IMG/VR virus record: IMGVR_UViG_3300043781_000019
Direction: 5' to 3' (one strand)
DNA length: 64,000 nt
Source of the DNA: an uncultured virus (IMG/VR IMGVR_UViG_3300043781_000019)
Lineage: Duplodnaviria; Heunggongvirae; Uroviricota; Caudoviricetes; Herelleviridae
In this document: piece after piece, positions 8,504 through 17,495 of the stretch
Layout of the letters: each line of letters starts with the position of its first letter
Position numbering within the stretch: position 1 is the first letter of the stretch
Made by a program: the position numbers and the translations under genes
The notes under the pieces: model-generated
The model's input: the letters and a program-made list of their open reading frames with translations, nothing else
Database searches by the model: none
Told to the model about the DNA's origin: nothing

Positions 8504-8651
8504 GTCAACCTTCCTTCCTTGATACTCTTATAGTAACTCATTAAGTCTATGTTGTCAAGCCCTAATTGTTCGGAAATTTAGCTAAATAAATGTACGCGTA
8601 TTGTTTAAAAATTGTTCACCATATAGTGTACATTAAAGTGACTTAACAGTT

Positions 8652-9086
8652 CTATTGTTCAGGTAAAGGATCATAGCAAATTTCAATCCCTTTAGTCTTA
8701 GCATAGGCTTCAAATACATTAGTGTCTTCAAAGCCTAAAAAGTAAGGGAACCAGTCCTTAACGTCTGTATTGACGCCTACATAAATAGCGTCCCTTGTAA
8801 CAACAGTGCCGTACCCCTTAATGTCCTTACCATAGGCGTCCATAAACTCCTCTATAAAGGATCCAATACCTGAATATCTATTGATCTTGTATAGGGTAAC
8901 AACGTCCATTAGCATTTCAGTTATGGCAGTCTCCATAAAGTTCTCTTTAGTATACTTAGCAATCTCTTCTGGCTCCATAAAGGATTTAGCTACCTCACTT
9001 AGAATGTCATAGTGTTCCATTTTGAGGTTGTAATAAGTTAGCCAGGTGCTAACATCTTTAATGCCTTCATTGTAGTATAGCTTCAA
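8652..9086 (-). CDS. hypothetical early protein
   Basis: TTG start with GAGAGG RBS. Confidence 0.75.
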   Translation of the reverse strand: MKLYYNEGIKDVSTWLTYYNLKMEHYDILSEVAKSFMEPEEIAKYTKENFMETAITEMLMDVVTLYKINRYSGIGSFIEEFMDAYGKDIKGYGTVVTRDAIYVGVNTDVKDWFPYFLGFEDTNVFEAYAKTKGIEICYDPLPEQ

Positions 9087-9323
9087 AGCCTCTCACGTCC
9101 CTTCTAAGCCACTTTAGCGTTACTTAGGTAAACTTATACCTGTTTGCTTAAGCGCCCCTTATATGGCTTATTATTAAGTATTACATGCTTAAGCTTACCC
9201 TTTGCCAGTTATATTGTCAAGTGTTATTTAATGTTTTTAGTTGGTTTTAGTCACCGTAGTCATGCCAAGGGTTACAGCCATTTGTTGCTTTAGTTTCCCC
9301 TAGAAGAATTTCTAAAGGGGATG

Positions 9324-9452
9324 TTATTTAAATAACTTATGGCACCATAGCCCAAACTTAGTTCCTTTGTCATACTGATTAACCACAAAGAGAACACCTA
9401 ACCAGCTTAAGATACCAATAGGGATCATATATAGCAATATTAGTATTAACAT
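9324..9452 (-). CDS. 42-aa membrane peptide (not in ORF track)
   Basis: MLILILLYMIPIGILSWLGVLFVVNQYDKGTKFGLWCHKLFK; AAGGAGG RBS. Confidence 0.7.
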   Translation of the reverse strand: MLILILLYMIPIGILSWLGVLFVVNQYDKGTKFGLWCHKLFK

Positions 9453-9679
9453 AGTGCCTCCTTAACCAACCTAATGGTGACACAGTTGCCACTTAGCTCA
9501 CCTTTGTCCCACGTAGTTGTTTCCCATGTGGTCCCATTAGTTAGCTTAACGGTTCCCTTGTTCCCTACAATTACAATAGCTTGTTCAAATGCCTTTAGTG
9601 CCTTGTTAAAGTCAAAGCTATGATAGTTATGTTTTTCTTCACCATAACGAGCTTCTACTGTAAACATAATTGGCTTCAT
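9446..9679 (-). CDS. hypothetical early protein
   Basis: Own cassette, AAAGGAGG RBS. Confidence 0.8.
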   Translation of the reverse strand: MKPIMFTVEARYGEEKHNYHSFDFNKALKAFEQAIVIVGNKGTVKLTNGTTWETTTWDKGELSGNCVTIRLVKEALC

Positions 9680-9807
9680 AACTGTTCCTCCTTTACATTC
9701 TTATAGTACCTTATTTAGGCTACGTTGTCAAGCCCTAATTTAGGGTTGGGTTTCTGCTACCTTATGCGCCCCATAAGGTACAGCGATTATTAAAAATGCA
9801 TTCTAGT

Positions 9808-9972
9808 TTATGCTGCGTGCTTACCTTTGCTTTTAGGCTCACTGTTAAAGGTAAATATTGGATCAATAAAGCCCCATACGAAGAATAACCAATCAGGTAC
9901 CCCAGGCATTAGTAAGTTAGCAATGAAAAAGAATATAAGAAACCTTGCAACAGCGCCCCATCTAATTGTCAT
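9808..9972 (-). CDS. 54-aa membrane protein, paralog A (not in ORF track)
   Basis: MTIRWGAVARFLIFFFIANLLMPGVPDWLFFVWGFIDPIFTFNSEPKSKGKHAA; own promoter/RBS cassette. Confidence 0.85.
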   Translation of the reverse strand: MTIRWGAVARFLIFFFIANLLMPGVPDWLFFVWGFIDPIFTFNSEPKSKGKHAA

Positions 9973-10032
9973 AATTAAGTCTTCCTTTCTTGATGCTCTT
10001 ATAGTAACTCATTAAAGTTACATTGTCAAGCC

Positions 10033-10197
10033 TTATTTAGCATGTTTACCTTTACTAGTGCCTAAGTTAAACTCAAATGGGTCAAGTAAAAAGGCTAGTA
10101 CAAAGTAAGCAATGTTGCCGACTGTCTCACCTACAAATAGGCTAATGAATGTCCCTAGTAGCAGGACTAATAGAAACCGTCCCCAGTGAATTGTCAT
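10033..10197 (-). CDS. 54-aa membrane protein, paralog B (not in ORF track)
   Basis: MTIHWGRFLLVLLLGTFISLFVGETVGNIAYFVLAFLLDPFEFNLGTSKGKHAK; own promoter/RBS cassette. Confidence 0.85.
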   Translation of the reverse strand: MTIHWGRFLLVLLLGTFISLFVGETVGNIAYFVLAFLLDPFEFNLGTSKGKHAK

Positions 10198-10844
10198 AAT
10201 GATCTTCCTTTCTTGATTATGGTTATACCTTACCCCTTATAGGCTATGATGTCAAGGCCTACTTAGGATTTTTATTGGTATACTTGTTAACAAAAGTTGA
10301 TTGGCCTTTTATTGCAAATGTTATGCAACGGGGATGAGCCTTACTGTGCCTAAGTGTTTATCTAGGTAGCATTAAGTAGGCCAAGTGTTGCTCCCATTAG
10401 GTAAAAATAACACTATGTTACTTTATTGGTCTACTTAGCAGCCATTGCCTGGCCTACTTAGCGGCCTCCATACAAGCCATTTTAAGCCCCCTTTTAGCCT
10501 ACTTAGCTAGTCTACCTATACTTGCCCTATTAAGCGCCCTAACATGCTCTAAGGGGCTATATAATGGCCTGCTACGTTATGCATAGTTATTCAGCGCCCT
10601 AACAAGTTTTAACTGGACGCTATTAGCTGACTATAGGGCACCTTTGAAACACGCGCGTGAGGTAAGTGTAGGCTAGCTAGTAAGTAACATATAGGTAAGT
10701 GTAGGTAAGCTAACCAAGGTACCATAAGTAACCAAGTAAATAAGCAAGCTAATAAGGGTGCGCTACATACTTGTTCATGGGTTACTAGGTTGCCTAATTA
10801 GGATCTGCATTAAGTACCTAGTAATAAGTACATATGTAGCCATA

Positions 10845-10868
10845 AAAATAGACCTAATTAAAGGTCTA
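10845..10868 (-). terminator. intrinsic terminator
   Basis: TAGACCT-loop-AGGTCTA hairpin with T-run on the minus strand. Confidence 0.7.
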
Positions 10869-10878
10869 GTCTGAATAC

Positions 10879-11397
10879 TTATTGATTGTCTTCTTTCACC
10901 TTATAACATCTGATTTGACCCGGCTTAGACCAGATGATCTTTTTACTAGCTGCTTCTAGCTTTAGTTGCTTTAGTTGCTTTAGTTGCTCAATAGGATTCT
11001 TAATATACTGAATAGCACTAGCATTTTGCTTAACTGCTTCTAGCTGTAGTTGCTCACTTGGATTATTCATACACTTAATAGCCAAGCCATCTTCCTTAAC
11101 TGCTTCCAGTTGTACCTCTTCACTGTTAACATTAAGTTCCTTTACAACCTTAAGATCACTTGCAATGTACTTACTACCACCATCCCTTTGAATTATCTTA
11201 CCGCTTGCTTCTACCACCGCAAGCTTCATAGTGGGAGCATAGGCATAATACCGAAAAAGATCTTTTAGATCCTTATAAAAATCCATGCCACGCTTAAAAA
11301 ATACTACGTGGTATTCATGATATGATTCTCCTAATTCATACTGTTTATCTTTCCAAGTCCAGTCACTATTAAAAGCTTTATACCCTTTTACTGCCAT
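10879..11397 (-). CDS. phage protein with DUF4116-like repeats (QLEAVKxxxxAIxxxxNP)
   Basis: N-terminal KGYKAFN..QYE.G domain plus two repeats. Confidence 0.75.
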   Translation of the reverse strand: MAVKGYKAFNSDWTWKDKQYELGESYHEYHVVFFKRGMDFYKDLKDLFRYYAYAPTMKLAVVEASGKIIQRDGGSKYIASDLKVVKELNVNSEEVQLEAVKEDGLAIKCMNNPSEQLQLEAVKQNASAIQYIKNPIEQLKQLKQLKLEAASKKIIWSKPGQIRCYKVKEDNQ

Positions 11398-11622
11398 AAG
11401 TAATTCTTCCTTTCTTGGCTATGGTACAAGCTTACCACGTGTTCATAAATTTGTCAATCCTTTTCAAGAAAAAGCTAACTATAATATATTTTCCCTTGTA
11501 AAGTCTTTACCTTAGCTCCCTTCTTTCCTTTACTATGGTTACACTATAGCATATATTTGCTTAGGTGTCAACTCTTTGCAAAATAAAAAGCCCTTGTGGG
11601 GGCTTATAAAGCTGGCTTAACG

Positions 11623-11964
11623 TTAGATAGTATCAATTTTGAAAACTTCTTTTCGTGGGTTCTTAACGATGTGATTTCTACCTCGCCGCTCTAACTGCCT
11701 TAGTGAGCCTTCTGATACCCCTAAGAACTTAGCTAGTTCCTTATAGGTACCTTCAGAGACAAAGTTATCATGCTCATAATAGGCATAAATATAACTAGCT
11801 TTGCTGTAATCCTTGGCTCTTGCGATCCAGTAACCCCGACAAGGTTGCTTGTCATGGTACTGACGCATAAAGTAACGGTAGCCAACACCTAACCTTTTAC
11901 ACAGGATCATAGGCGTGCCATAGTAGACTTTATTACCCCGTTTTATCTGATAGTTAATAGTCAT
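11623..11964 (-). CDS. HTH-like DNA-binding protein (DUF658-like)
   Basis: YAYYEHDNFVSEGTYKELAKFLGVS. Confidence 0.6.
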   Translation of the reverse strand: MTINYQIKRGNKVYYGTPMILCKRLGVGYRYFMRQYHDKQPCRGYWIARAKDYSKASYIYAYYEHDNFVSEGTYKELAKFLGVSEGSLRQLERRGRNHIVKNPRKEVFKIDTI

Positions 11965-11989
11965 ACTTTGCTCTCTTACACCTTATGAA

Positions 11990-12184
11990 TTAGTTTCCCT
12001 TTATACTCTTGATAGTATCTATAAGTCCTTGTAAAGGTTTTAGCAAAAATCGTGCAAGAACCAAGCACCAACCACAGTAATAATTATCCCACCGGCCAAA
12101 TTGATAGCCTTGTGTGTACTCAAAGTCATGTGGGTGACTAATAGATATAATATGGCTACCATCATAATACCCTTTGTCAAACAT
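11990..12184 (-). CDS. hypothetical protein
   Basis: GGAGG RBS. Confidence 0.65.
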   Translation of the reverse strand: MFDKGYYDGSHIISISHPHDFEYTQGYQFGRWDNYYCGWCLVLARFLLKPLQGLIDTIKSIKGN

Positions 12185-12209
12185 TTATTTTTGCCTCCAG
12201 TTGTTAACC

Positions 12210-12494
12210 TTAAAGATTTCCACCATACTTTTTAATCAGTTCCTGCTTAGGCAAGTCCTCTAATCCATACTGATTAATAAATTCATGGATATGGCGCATA
12301 GTTGTGTTGCTAAGCAAGTTTCGATCACTTGTAATAACTTGTTCACTATGGCTCACCTTAGCCACTGGTGTCATGTATGAGTACAATACTTTTGTTCCAT
12401 TTTGATCAGCTACTAATGCCTTACCATAGAAACTTTGTTGATTAGCATAACGTGGTACCAATTCCTTTAATTGACTTACTTTTGCATCTAACAT
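12210..12494 (-). CDS. conserved-looking phage early protein
   Basis: SFYGKA..LYSYxTxVA..SxTTxRHIxEF pattern; own cassette. Confidence 0.8.
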   Translation of the reverse strand: MLDAKVSQLKELVPRYANQQSFYGKALVADQNGTKVLYSYMTPVAKVSHSEQVITSDRNLLSNTTMRHIHEFINQYGLEDLPKQELIKKYGGNL

Positions 12495-12568
12495 CTTTAT
12501 AACTCCCTTTCTTGATTACAAAACCAGTATAACCCTTGTAACTTACATTGTCAATACCTTTTTTTAAA

Positions 12569-12829
12569 TTAATTAGTTTCTTTTAATGACCCAACTTGTG
12601 CATATACTTTTGACGCCGTAACCCAAGTACGATCTGAGTGAGTGTTCTTATAACCTGCTGCCACAATTGCTTTACTTAGAATATGATAGGCAGGTTCGTT
12701 GTAAGCAAGCCACTGTTTAAAGTTAGGGAAATAAGTAGGGTTTTTTGCATGTGCGGTAAGATAGCGCGAATATTCTTTTGCATAGTCATGTTTTTGAAAT
12801 AGTTTAATTAGCTTTTGCTTAGGTGTCAT
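12569..12829 (-). CDS. hypothetical early protein
   Basis: Own cassette. Confidence 0.8.
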   Translation of the reverse strand: MTPKQKLIKLFQKHDYAKEYSRYLTAHAKNPTYFPNFKQWLAYNEPAYHILSKAIVAAGYKNTHSDRTWVTASKVYAQVGSLKETN

Positions 12830-12904
12830 AATTAAAAGCTTCCTTTCCTTTACTATGTTACTAGTGTAGCCCTAATCAACACATTTGTCAAGCTCCATAT
12901 AAAA

Positions 12905-13171
12905 TTAGTCTTCCAGCTCGACAGCATCATCGGCAGTATCCCAATCGCTTACCCAGTCGCTTGCGTCATCGTCCAGCTTGTCCTTGTCCTGTTCATCTAG
13001 ATACCAAACAATTTCGTACAGGATTCCGTTTTCTACTGATCGACCAGTACCAGTCACCGCTAAAATTGAAAATGATTGCAATGTGTCATCATTACTATAC
13101 ACCGTCTCAATATCAGTTGTTGGGGCTTCGACAATTTCATAAATCTTACCATTAACCATTACTTTGCTCAT
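12905..13171 (-). CDS. very acidic small early protein
   Basis: 88 aa with D/E-rich C-terminus; GGAGGGCATATATC-ATG leader. Confidence 0.85.
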   Translation of the reverse strand: MSKVMVNGKIYEIVEAPTTDIETVYSNDDTLQSFSILAVTGTGRSVENGILYEIVWYLDEQDKDKLDDDASDWVSDWDTADDAVELED

Positions 13172-13377
13172 GATATATGCCCTCCTAGGCTTCTTGTCTT
13201 TTACTTTACTATGGTACTAGTGTAACCCCTACGAGTTATGTTGTCAATACTTTTTCTAATAAAAAGTTGAAAAAGTTTTAGGCCTTGTATTCTAGTATAA
13301 CCCGTACAAAGTCGAAATGGTTGGGTCAATCATCTGATCCATCGCCTTTAAAATCATTAGCATGGCTAACTCCTTTC

Positions 13378-13587
13378 TCAGTCTTCCTTGTAGCTTTGAA
13401 TTTCGTCCGTAATGATTTCTTGTGTATCTGCTAGATCGTCTGAGTACCCAACACCATCGTCGATAGATACTGGCCATAGAATCCATGTATTTTGCTCATG
13501 GTCTAACTCTAAAGTGCCATACTTGTCTCCGTTAACAGTTACTTCTACTTGGTCTTCACATGGGGTGCTGAACTCAACTTTTTTCAT
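13378..13587 (-). CDS. very acidic small early protein
   Basis: 69 aa; same GGAGGGCATATATC-ATG leader. Confidence 0.85.
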   Translation of the reverse strand: MKKVEFSTPCEDQVEVTVNGDKYGTLELDHEQNTWILWPVSIDDGVGYSDDLADTQEIITDEIQSYKED

Positions 13588-13675
13588 GATATATGCCCTC
13601 CCAGGGTTTTTACTTTTCCCTTACCATGTTACTATTGTAACCCCTACGAGTTACGCTGTCAATACTTTTTTAAAA

Positions 13676-13963
13676 CTAATTGAAGTTACTCATAGTTATA
13701 AGTTGCTCCATTAATGATGTGGTATTGGCTACCATATTTTCAGCAAATCCCTCATTATAGTTTTCTAACTTTGCAAGGGTTTCACCTTTTTCAGGTGTAA
13801 ACCGAGTAACAATAACATTGCGATCAAAGCTGACAGTTAAAATACCTAGCTTACCTTTTACGCTGATTGACTTGTCAGGCTTATTGATCCAGCTTTTAGG
13901 GTCAATTTTAAAAAGATACCGTGCATTAAGTTTCAAGTTCTTGTAAAATTCATTACGTGTCAT
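13676..13963 (-). CDS. hypothetical early protein (paralog of 5575..5853)
   Basis: Own cassette. Confidence 0.85.
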   Translation of the reverse strand: MTRNEFYKNLKLNARYLFKIDPKSWINKPDKSISVKGKLGILTVSFDRNVIVTRFTPEKGETLAKLENYNEGFAENMVANTTSLMEQLITMSNFN

Positions 13964-14030
13964 GTTGGTTACTCCCTTTCTTTACTATGGTACTAGTGTA
14001 ACTCTTGTAACTTACATTGTCAACACTTTT

Positions 14031-14363
14031 TTAATTAAAGTTATAAATGTGTGATACAAGATCGCTAAGCATATAAGTTTCACCAATGCTTGTGTAGTCC
14101 TCAACAACAAAGTTGTAACCTTTTGTCTGAGCTAATAAGTCTTCAAAAGTGCTACCCTTTGCAAATACACCATAGTAATCTTCATACTGGTTAAATAGCT
14201 CATGCAAGTCGCGGCTATCAATCTGTGCCCAACTATCCGCCCACTCTGGTACCCTTTCTAGCACAACCTCGTCATTATCGTCTAGATAAATACCCTCGTC
14301 ATCTGACTTGTTCCAATTCTTGGACAACTTTTCAGCCTCTTTGATTAAACCTTTTGTCAACAT
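14031..14363 (-). CDS. acidic early protein
   Basis: Own cassette. Confidence 0.85.
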   Translation of the reverse strand: MLTKGLIKEAEKLSKNWNKSDDEGIYLDDNDEVVLERVPEWADSWAQIDSRDLHELFNQYEDYYGVFAKGSTFEDLLAQTKGYNFVVEDYTSIGETYMLSDLVSHIYNFN

Positions 14364-14432
14364 ACTTGTTACTTCCTTTCTTGATTACAAAACCAGTGTA
14401 ACATGTAACTATGCTGCTGTCAATAGTAAAAT

Positions 14433-14456
14433 TAAAAAAAGCCCCATAAAGGGCTA
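14433..14456 (-). terminator. intrinsic terminator
   Basis: AGCCC/GGGCT stem followed by a T-run on the minus strand. Confidence 0.65.
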
Positions 14457-14480
14457 ATTTAAATTTATTCACGTTTTCTC

Positions 14481-14711
14481 CTATCCCTTAATAAAAGGTA
14501 CTTTGTTAATGCCGTAGATACGGTCATAGTCTTCATTAGCAGGTGACTCACCAAGGTCTCTAATGTAATCCCAATCTGGTTTGTCATCATCTTCACTTGC
14601 AATCTCTTTAAGCTTGCTTAAGACGGTATCCACATTATCCGATACTACCTCAATACTTAAATCCTTGTCATTTGTCCAATTGTAACCAACGTAACCTACA
14701 TACATATACAT
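14481..14711 (-). CDS. acidic hypothetical protein
   Basis: AAGGAGG RBS. Confidence 0.8.
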   Translation of the reverse strand: MYMYVGYVGYNWTNDKDLSIEVVSDNVDTVLSKLKEIASEDDDKPDWDYIRDLGESPANEDYDRIYGINKVPFIKG

Positions 14712-14723
14712 TGCTTGTCCTCC

Positions 14724-14954
14724 TTAAATATTTTTTAAATAATCAGTAACTTTTTTGCCTAAAGGGCCTACAATCGTATGTGCCTCTTCTTTGGTCCAAG
14801 CAAAGGCTAGATTTTGATTATTAATGTCAACCGCCATAACTTTACTAATATCAGGGCTTAGCATAGAATTTCCTAAGTAAAAAATTATTTTGTTTTCTGG
14901 TTCTACCTTAGTCGTTACATTCCCTTGGTTGTCTGCTGTAAGTACGTTATACAT
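14724..14954 (-). CDS. hypothetical early protein
   Basis: Own cassette. Confidence 0.8.
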   Translation of the reverse strand: MYNVLTADNQGNVTTKVEPENKIIFYLGNSMLSPDISKVMAVDINNQNLAFAWTKEEAHTIVGPLGKKVTDYLKNI

Positions 14955-14999
14955 GATTAGTTCCCCTTTCTTGATTACAAAACCAGTGTAACACTTGTT

Positions 15000-15245
15000 T
15001 TAGACTTTGTCAACATTTGTTTTAATGCTAATTTTCTGTCCACATTTTAGACGATAATCAATATCTGTTATATAGCCACCGATTTCTACTACTCCATACT
15101 CATTGTGTAGATAGTATCTAAGTAGTCCAGATAGCATACGTGGAGTAACCTTTACATCTAGTTCCTTACTGATTTTTGTGGCAAGCTCTTTAATTACCTT
15201 ATGCCGTCCAGAAACTGTTTTGAAAACAGGCGTTTTAAATAACAT
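15000..15245 (-). CDS. hypothetical basic protein
   Basis: Start moved to the ATG at 15245 after a GGGAGG RBS. Confidence 0.75.
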   Translation of the reverse strand: MLFKTPVFKTVSGRHKVIKELATKISKELDVKVTPRMLSGLLRYYLHNEYGVVEIGGYITDIDYRLKCGQKISIKTNVDKV

Positions 15246-15311
15246 TGTTGTGCCTCCCTTTTGATTATGCTTATAGCTTAGCACGCTATTGCTATGGTGT
15301 CAACTAATATT

Positions 15312-15404
15312 TTACAAATTTAAAATAAATCCGGTAAGTCCAACAATAATCAATCCAAGTCCCAGTAAAAATACCTTGTGTTCTGGTTTCAAATTTTTAA
15401 TCAT
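15312..15404 (-). CDS. 30-aa membrane peptide (not in ORF track)
   Basis: MIKNLKPEHKVFLLGLGLIIVGLTGFILNL; AGGA RBS. Confidence 0.6.
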   Translation of the reverse strand: MIKNLKPEHKVFLLGLGLIIVGLTGFILNL

Positions 15405-15431
15405 AATATTCCTATTTCCTTTTATGCAAGA

Positions 15432-15752
15432 CTACTTAACGGTTTCAACGCCCATCGTTGCAACGCTTTTTAGGACTGTGTGATGCTTGTCCTTGATCTG
15501 CTTGTTTGCATACACATTGTAGTATACTTTTTGATCAGCAGTTAGCTTCATATGAGTAGGGACAACTTGGCTTTTACGGTGCATAACTAGCCACGCACGT
15601 GAAGCTTGTTCAGGAACAATTGTTTCTGTTTTACCAGAAACAGACTTACTGTACAGCCAACTTTTATTAAGGTTAATCGTAAATCCTGATTTAATAGCTA
15701 GTAGTTTTTGCTCACGGTTAAGATCCTTTGTTTCAATTAATTGGTATTTCAT
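15432..15752 (-). CDS. hypothetical early protein
   Basis: Own cassette. Confidence 0.8.
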   Translation of the reverse strand: MKYQLIETKDLNREQKLLAIKSGFTINLNKSWLYSKSVSGKTETIVPEQASRAWLVMHRKSQVVPTHMKLTADQKVYYNVYANKQIKDKHHTVLKSVATMGVETVK

Positions 15753-15833
15753 GTTTATCTCTCCCTCTTTATTATGCTGATAGCATATAACGTGGTCATT
15801 ATTTTGTCAAGTTAAACTTAGTCATTCTCACCT

Positions 15834-16184
15834 TTACTTTAGCAGCGACTTTATAAATTTATTAGTTTCTTTAAGCTGTTCATTACTAAGCTTAGCTAAA
15901 TATGAGTTATAACACTTTTCTAGTGTAACTCGTTCTTTTGTTTCCTTATCTAGTGCTTTCCAAAATTCTTCTGGTGCAATTTTTCTGATAGGGTAGGAAC
16001 TTGTACTTGTGCTTAATGGCCAAGTAGATTTCTTAGTAAAGCTAGTACGAATCCCTTTTATATATACTCTTGAAGGGGTAACTTTTTCAACTTCTATGTC
16101 TTCACCAATAGCTTCATAGTTAAAAAAACTTGTTTGTCGTGCAAATAAGGTATCCCCTGCTTTTAACTCTTTTACCTGTTTCAT
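15834..16184 (-). CDS. hypothetical early protein
   Basis: Own cassette. Confidence 0.8.
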   Translation of the reverse strand: MKQVKELKAGDTLFARQTSFFNYEAIGEDIEVEKVTPSRVYIKGIRTSFTKKSTWPLSTSTSSYPIRKIAPEEFWKALDKETKERVTLEKCYNSYLAKLSNEQLKETNKFIKSLLK

Positions 16185-16218
16185 AATAGTTGCTTCCTTT
16201 CTACGCTATGCATATAGA

Positions 16219-16428
16219 TTACCGCGTATGGATCACATTGTCAACTGGAACTTCTAAAATTTGAATAATTGTCCCGCGTTTACCTAGCCAAAGATTTGCA
16301 ACATGCTTATATTTAGCAATGCAATATCCATTTTCATCTATGCCTTTGGTATGTTCATCTATATAGTCCCGTTCAGTGATAATTTTATTGCCAATGTAGA
16401 AGCTTTTTAGACGCAAGTAAATTTTCAT
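16219..16428 (-). CDS. hypothetical early protein
   Basis: Own cassette. Confidence 0.75.
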   Translation of the reverse strand: MKIYLRLKSFYIGNKIITERDYIDEHTKGIDENGYCIAKYKHVANLWLGKRGTIIQILEVPVDNVIHTR

Positions 16429-16519
16429 GTTACTAACTCCCTTTCTTGTTTATGGTTATACCTTAACATTACTTGCCTTCGTTGTCAATAAAAAATCCCC
16501 TAAAAAGGGGAAATAATTT

Positions 16520-17128
16520 TTAATAGACACGTAGTGGCGCTAATACAATCTTGGCAATCTCATAGTTATTAGCTTTTGAGCTTTGGCACAAGACTACTGG
16601 GACTACTCTATTATCACATGTATATAAGGTAACAGGATTTTCTGTCGGTTGTAAGTAGTTAAGAGCAGCAAACAAGTTTCTGGCATCAAAGATATACTTA
16701 AAGGTATTCTTGCTTATAGGATCAATCTTAATAGTTTCCATATCTTCTTTAGTGTCGCTATTATAGGTACTTACTAGGAAGCGACCTTCTTGAATAAGGT
16801 GAATCTTATCACCAGAACGCTTATGATTTTTTACAAAGCTGTAGAGGTAGGCAATGGTTTTATGATCCAGCTTGTTAGGTAAAAGGCCATCTGTTTTTGT
16901 TAAATGATCCAAAGTGGAGTCTTCAATATAAGTTCCTTCAAACTTGCTTAGATTAAACAGATCAATATCCACATCAGGAAGCCACGTCCCCTTTTGAATA
17001 AGCTTGTGTCCATCTGTAATTGTTAGTAAGCCATTTTTAACATGAGCTACTCGATCTGTTGCGCGGCCATTCTTGCTCTTGCTTGCAAATAACTGTAATG
17101 CTTTCAATAGCTGATTGTCCTTAATCAT
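16520..17128 (-). CDS. beta sliding clamp-like protein (two-domain length)
   Basis: ITDGHKL (compare DnaN ATDGHRL), FDARNLFAAL, PVVL and terminal VLAPLR; GGAGG RBS before the ATG at 17128. Confidence 0.55.
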   Translation of the reverse strand: MIKDNQLLKALQLFASKSKNGRATDRVAHVKNGLLTITDGHKLIQKGTWLPDVDIDLFNLSKFEGTYIEDSTLDHLTKTDGLLPNKLDHKTIAYLYSFVKNHKRSGDKIHLIQEGRFLVSTYNSDTKEDMETIKIDPISKNTFKYIFDARNLFAALNYLQPTENPVTLYTCDNRVVPVVLCQSSKANNYEIAKIVLAPLRVY

Positions 17129-17441
17129 TGAAATTTTCCTCCAAGTCACTCAGTACGGCTTCATAATCTTCACTTTCAAAATCATTAAAGTAAGTCTTAA
17201 TATCCAGATCTGAAATAGTATCCTCAAGGTTATCAAATAACCCAAAGGATCCATCATCATTAACAACAAGGTACTTTGAAACACGTGTATGATTATGCAC
17301 AATAGTAAGCAAATTACTGTTGTCACTTGATTCTACTAAACTGTTTCCAAAATATTGTGAGTAGTCATGACCCCACAAGTAATGTACAAGTTGCTTCTTG
17401 CTATACATGTGTACCTTTTCAAAAAATACTTCTTTGTCCAT
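17121..17441 (-). CDS. acidic hypothetical early protein
   Basis: Own cassette. Confidence 0.8.
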   Translation of the reverse strand: MDKEVFFEKVHMYSKKQLVHYLWGHDYSQYFGNSLVESSDNSNLLTIVHNHTRVSKYLVVNDDGSFGLFDNLEDTISDLDIKTYFNDFESEDYEAVLSDLEENFND

Positions 17442-17495
17442 TTTTAGTACTCCCTTTCTTGATTGTCTAAATCATAGCACATTGCTTTTACAAGG

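Noticed and set aside
10958..10988. 9-bp tandem repeat (QLK x3) as a phase-variation tract
   Set aside because: In-frame slippage inside a repeat protein; it would not switch expression.
13292..13486. 64-aa overlapping ORF
   Set aside because: Overlaps a better-supported gene; only a 23-aa tail (13292-13363) has an RBS and it looks like a remnant.
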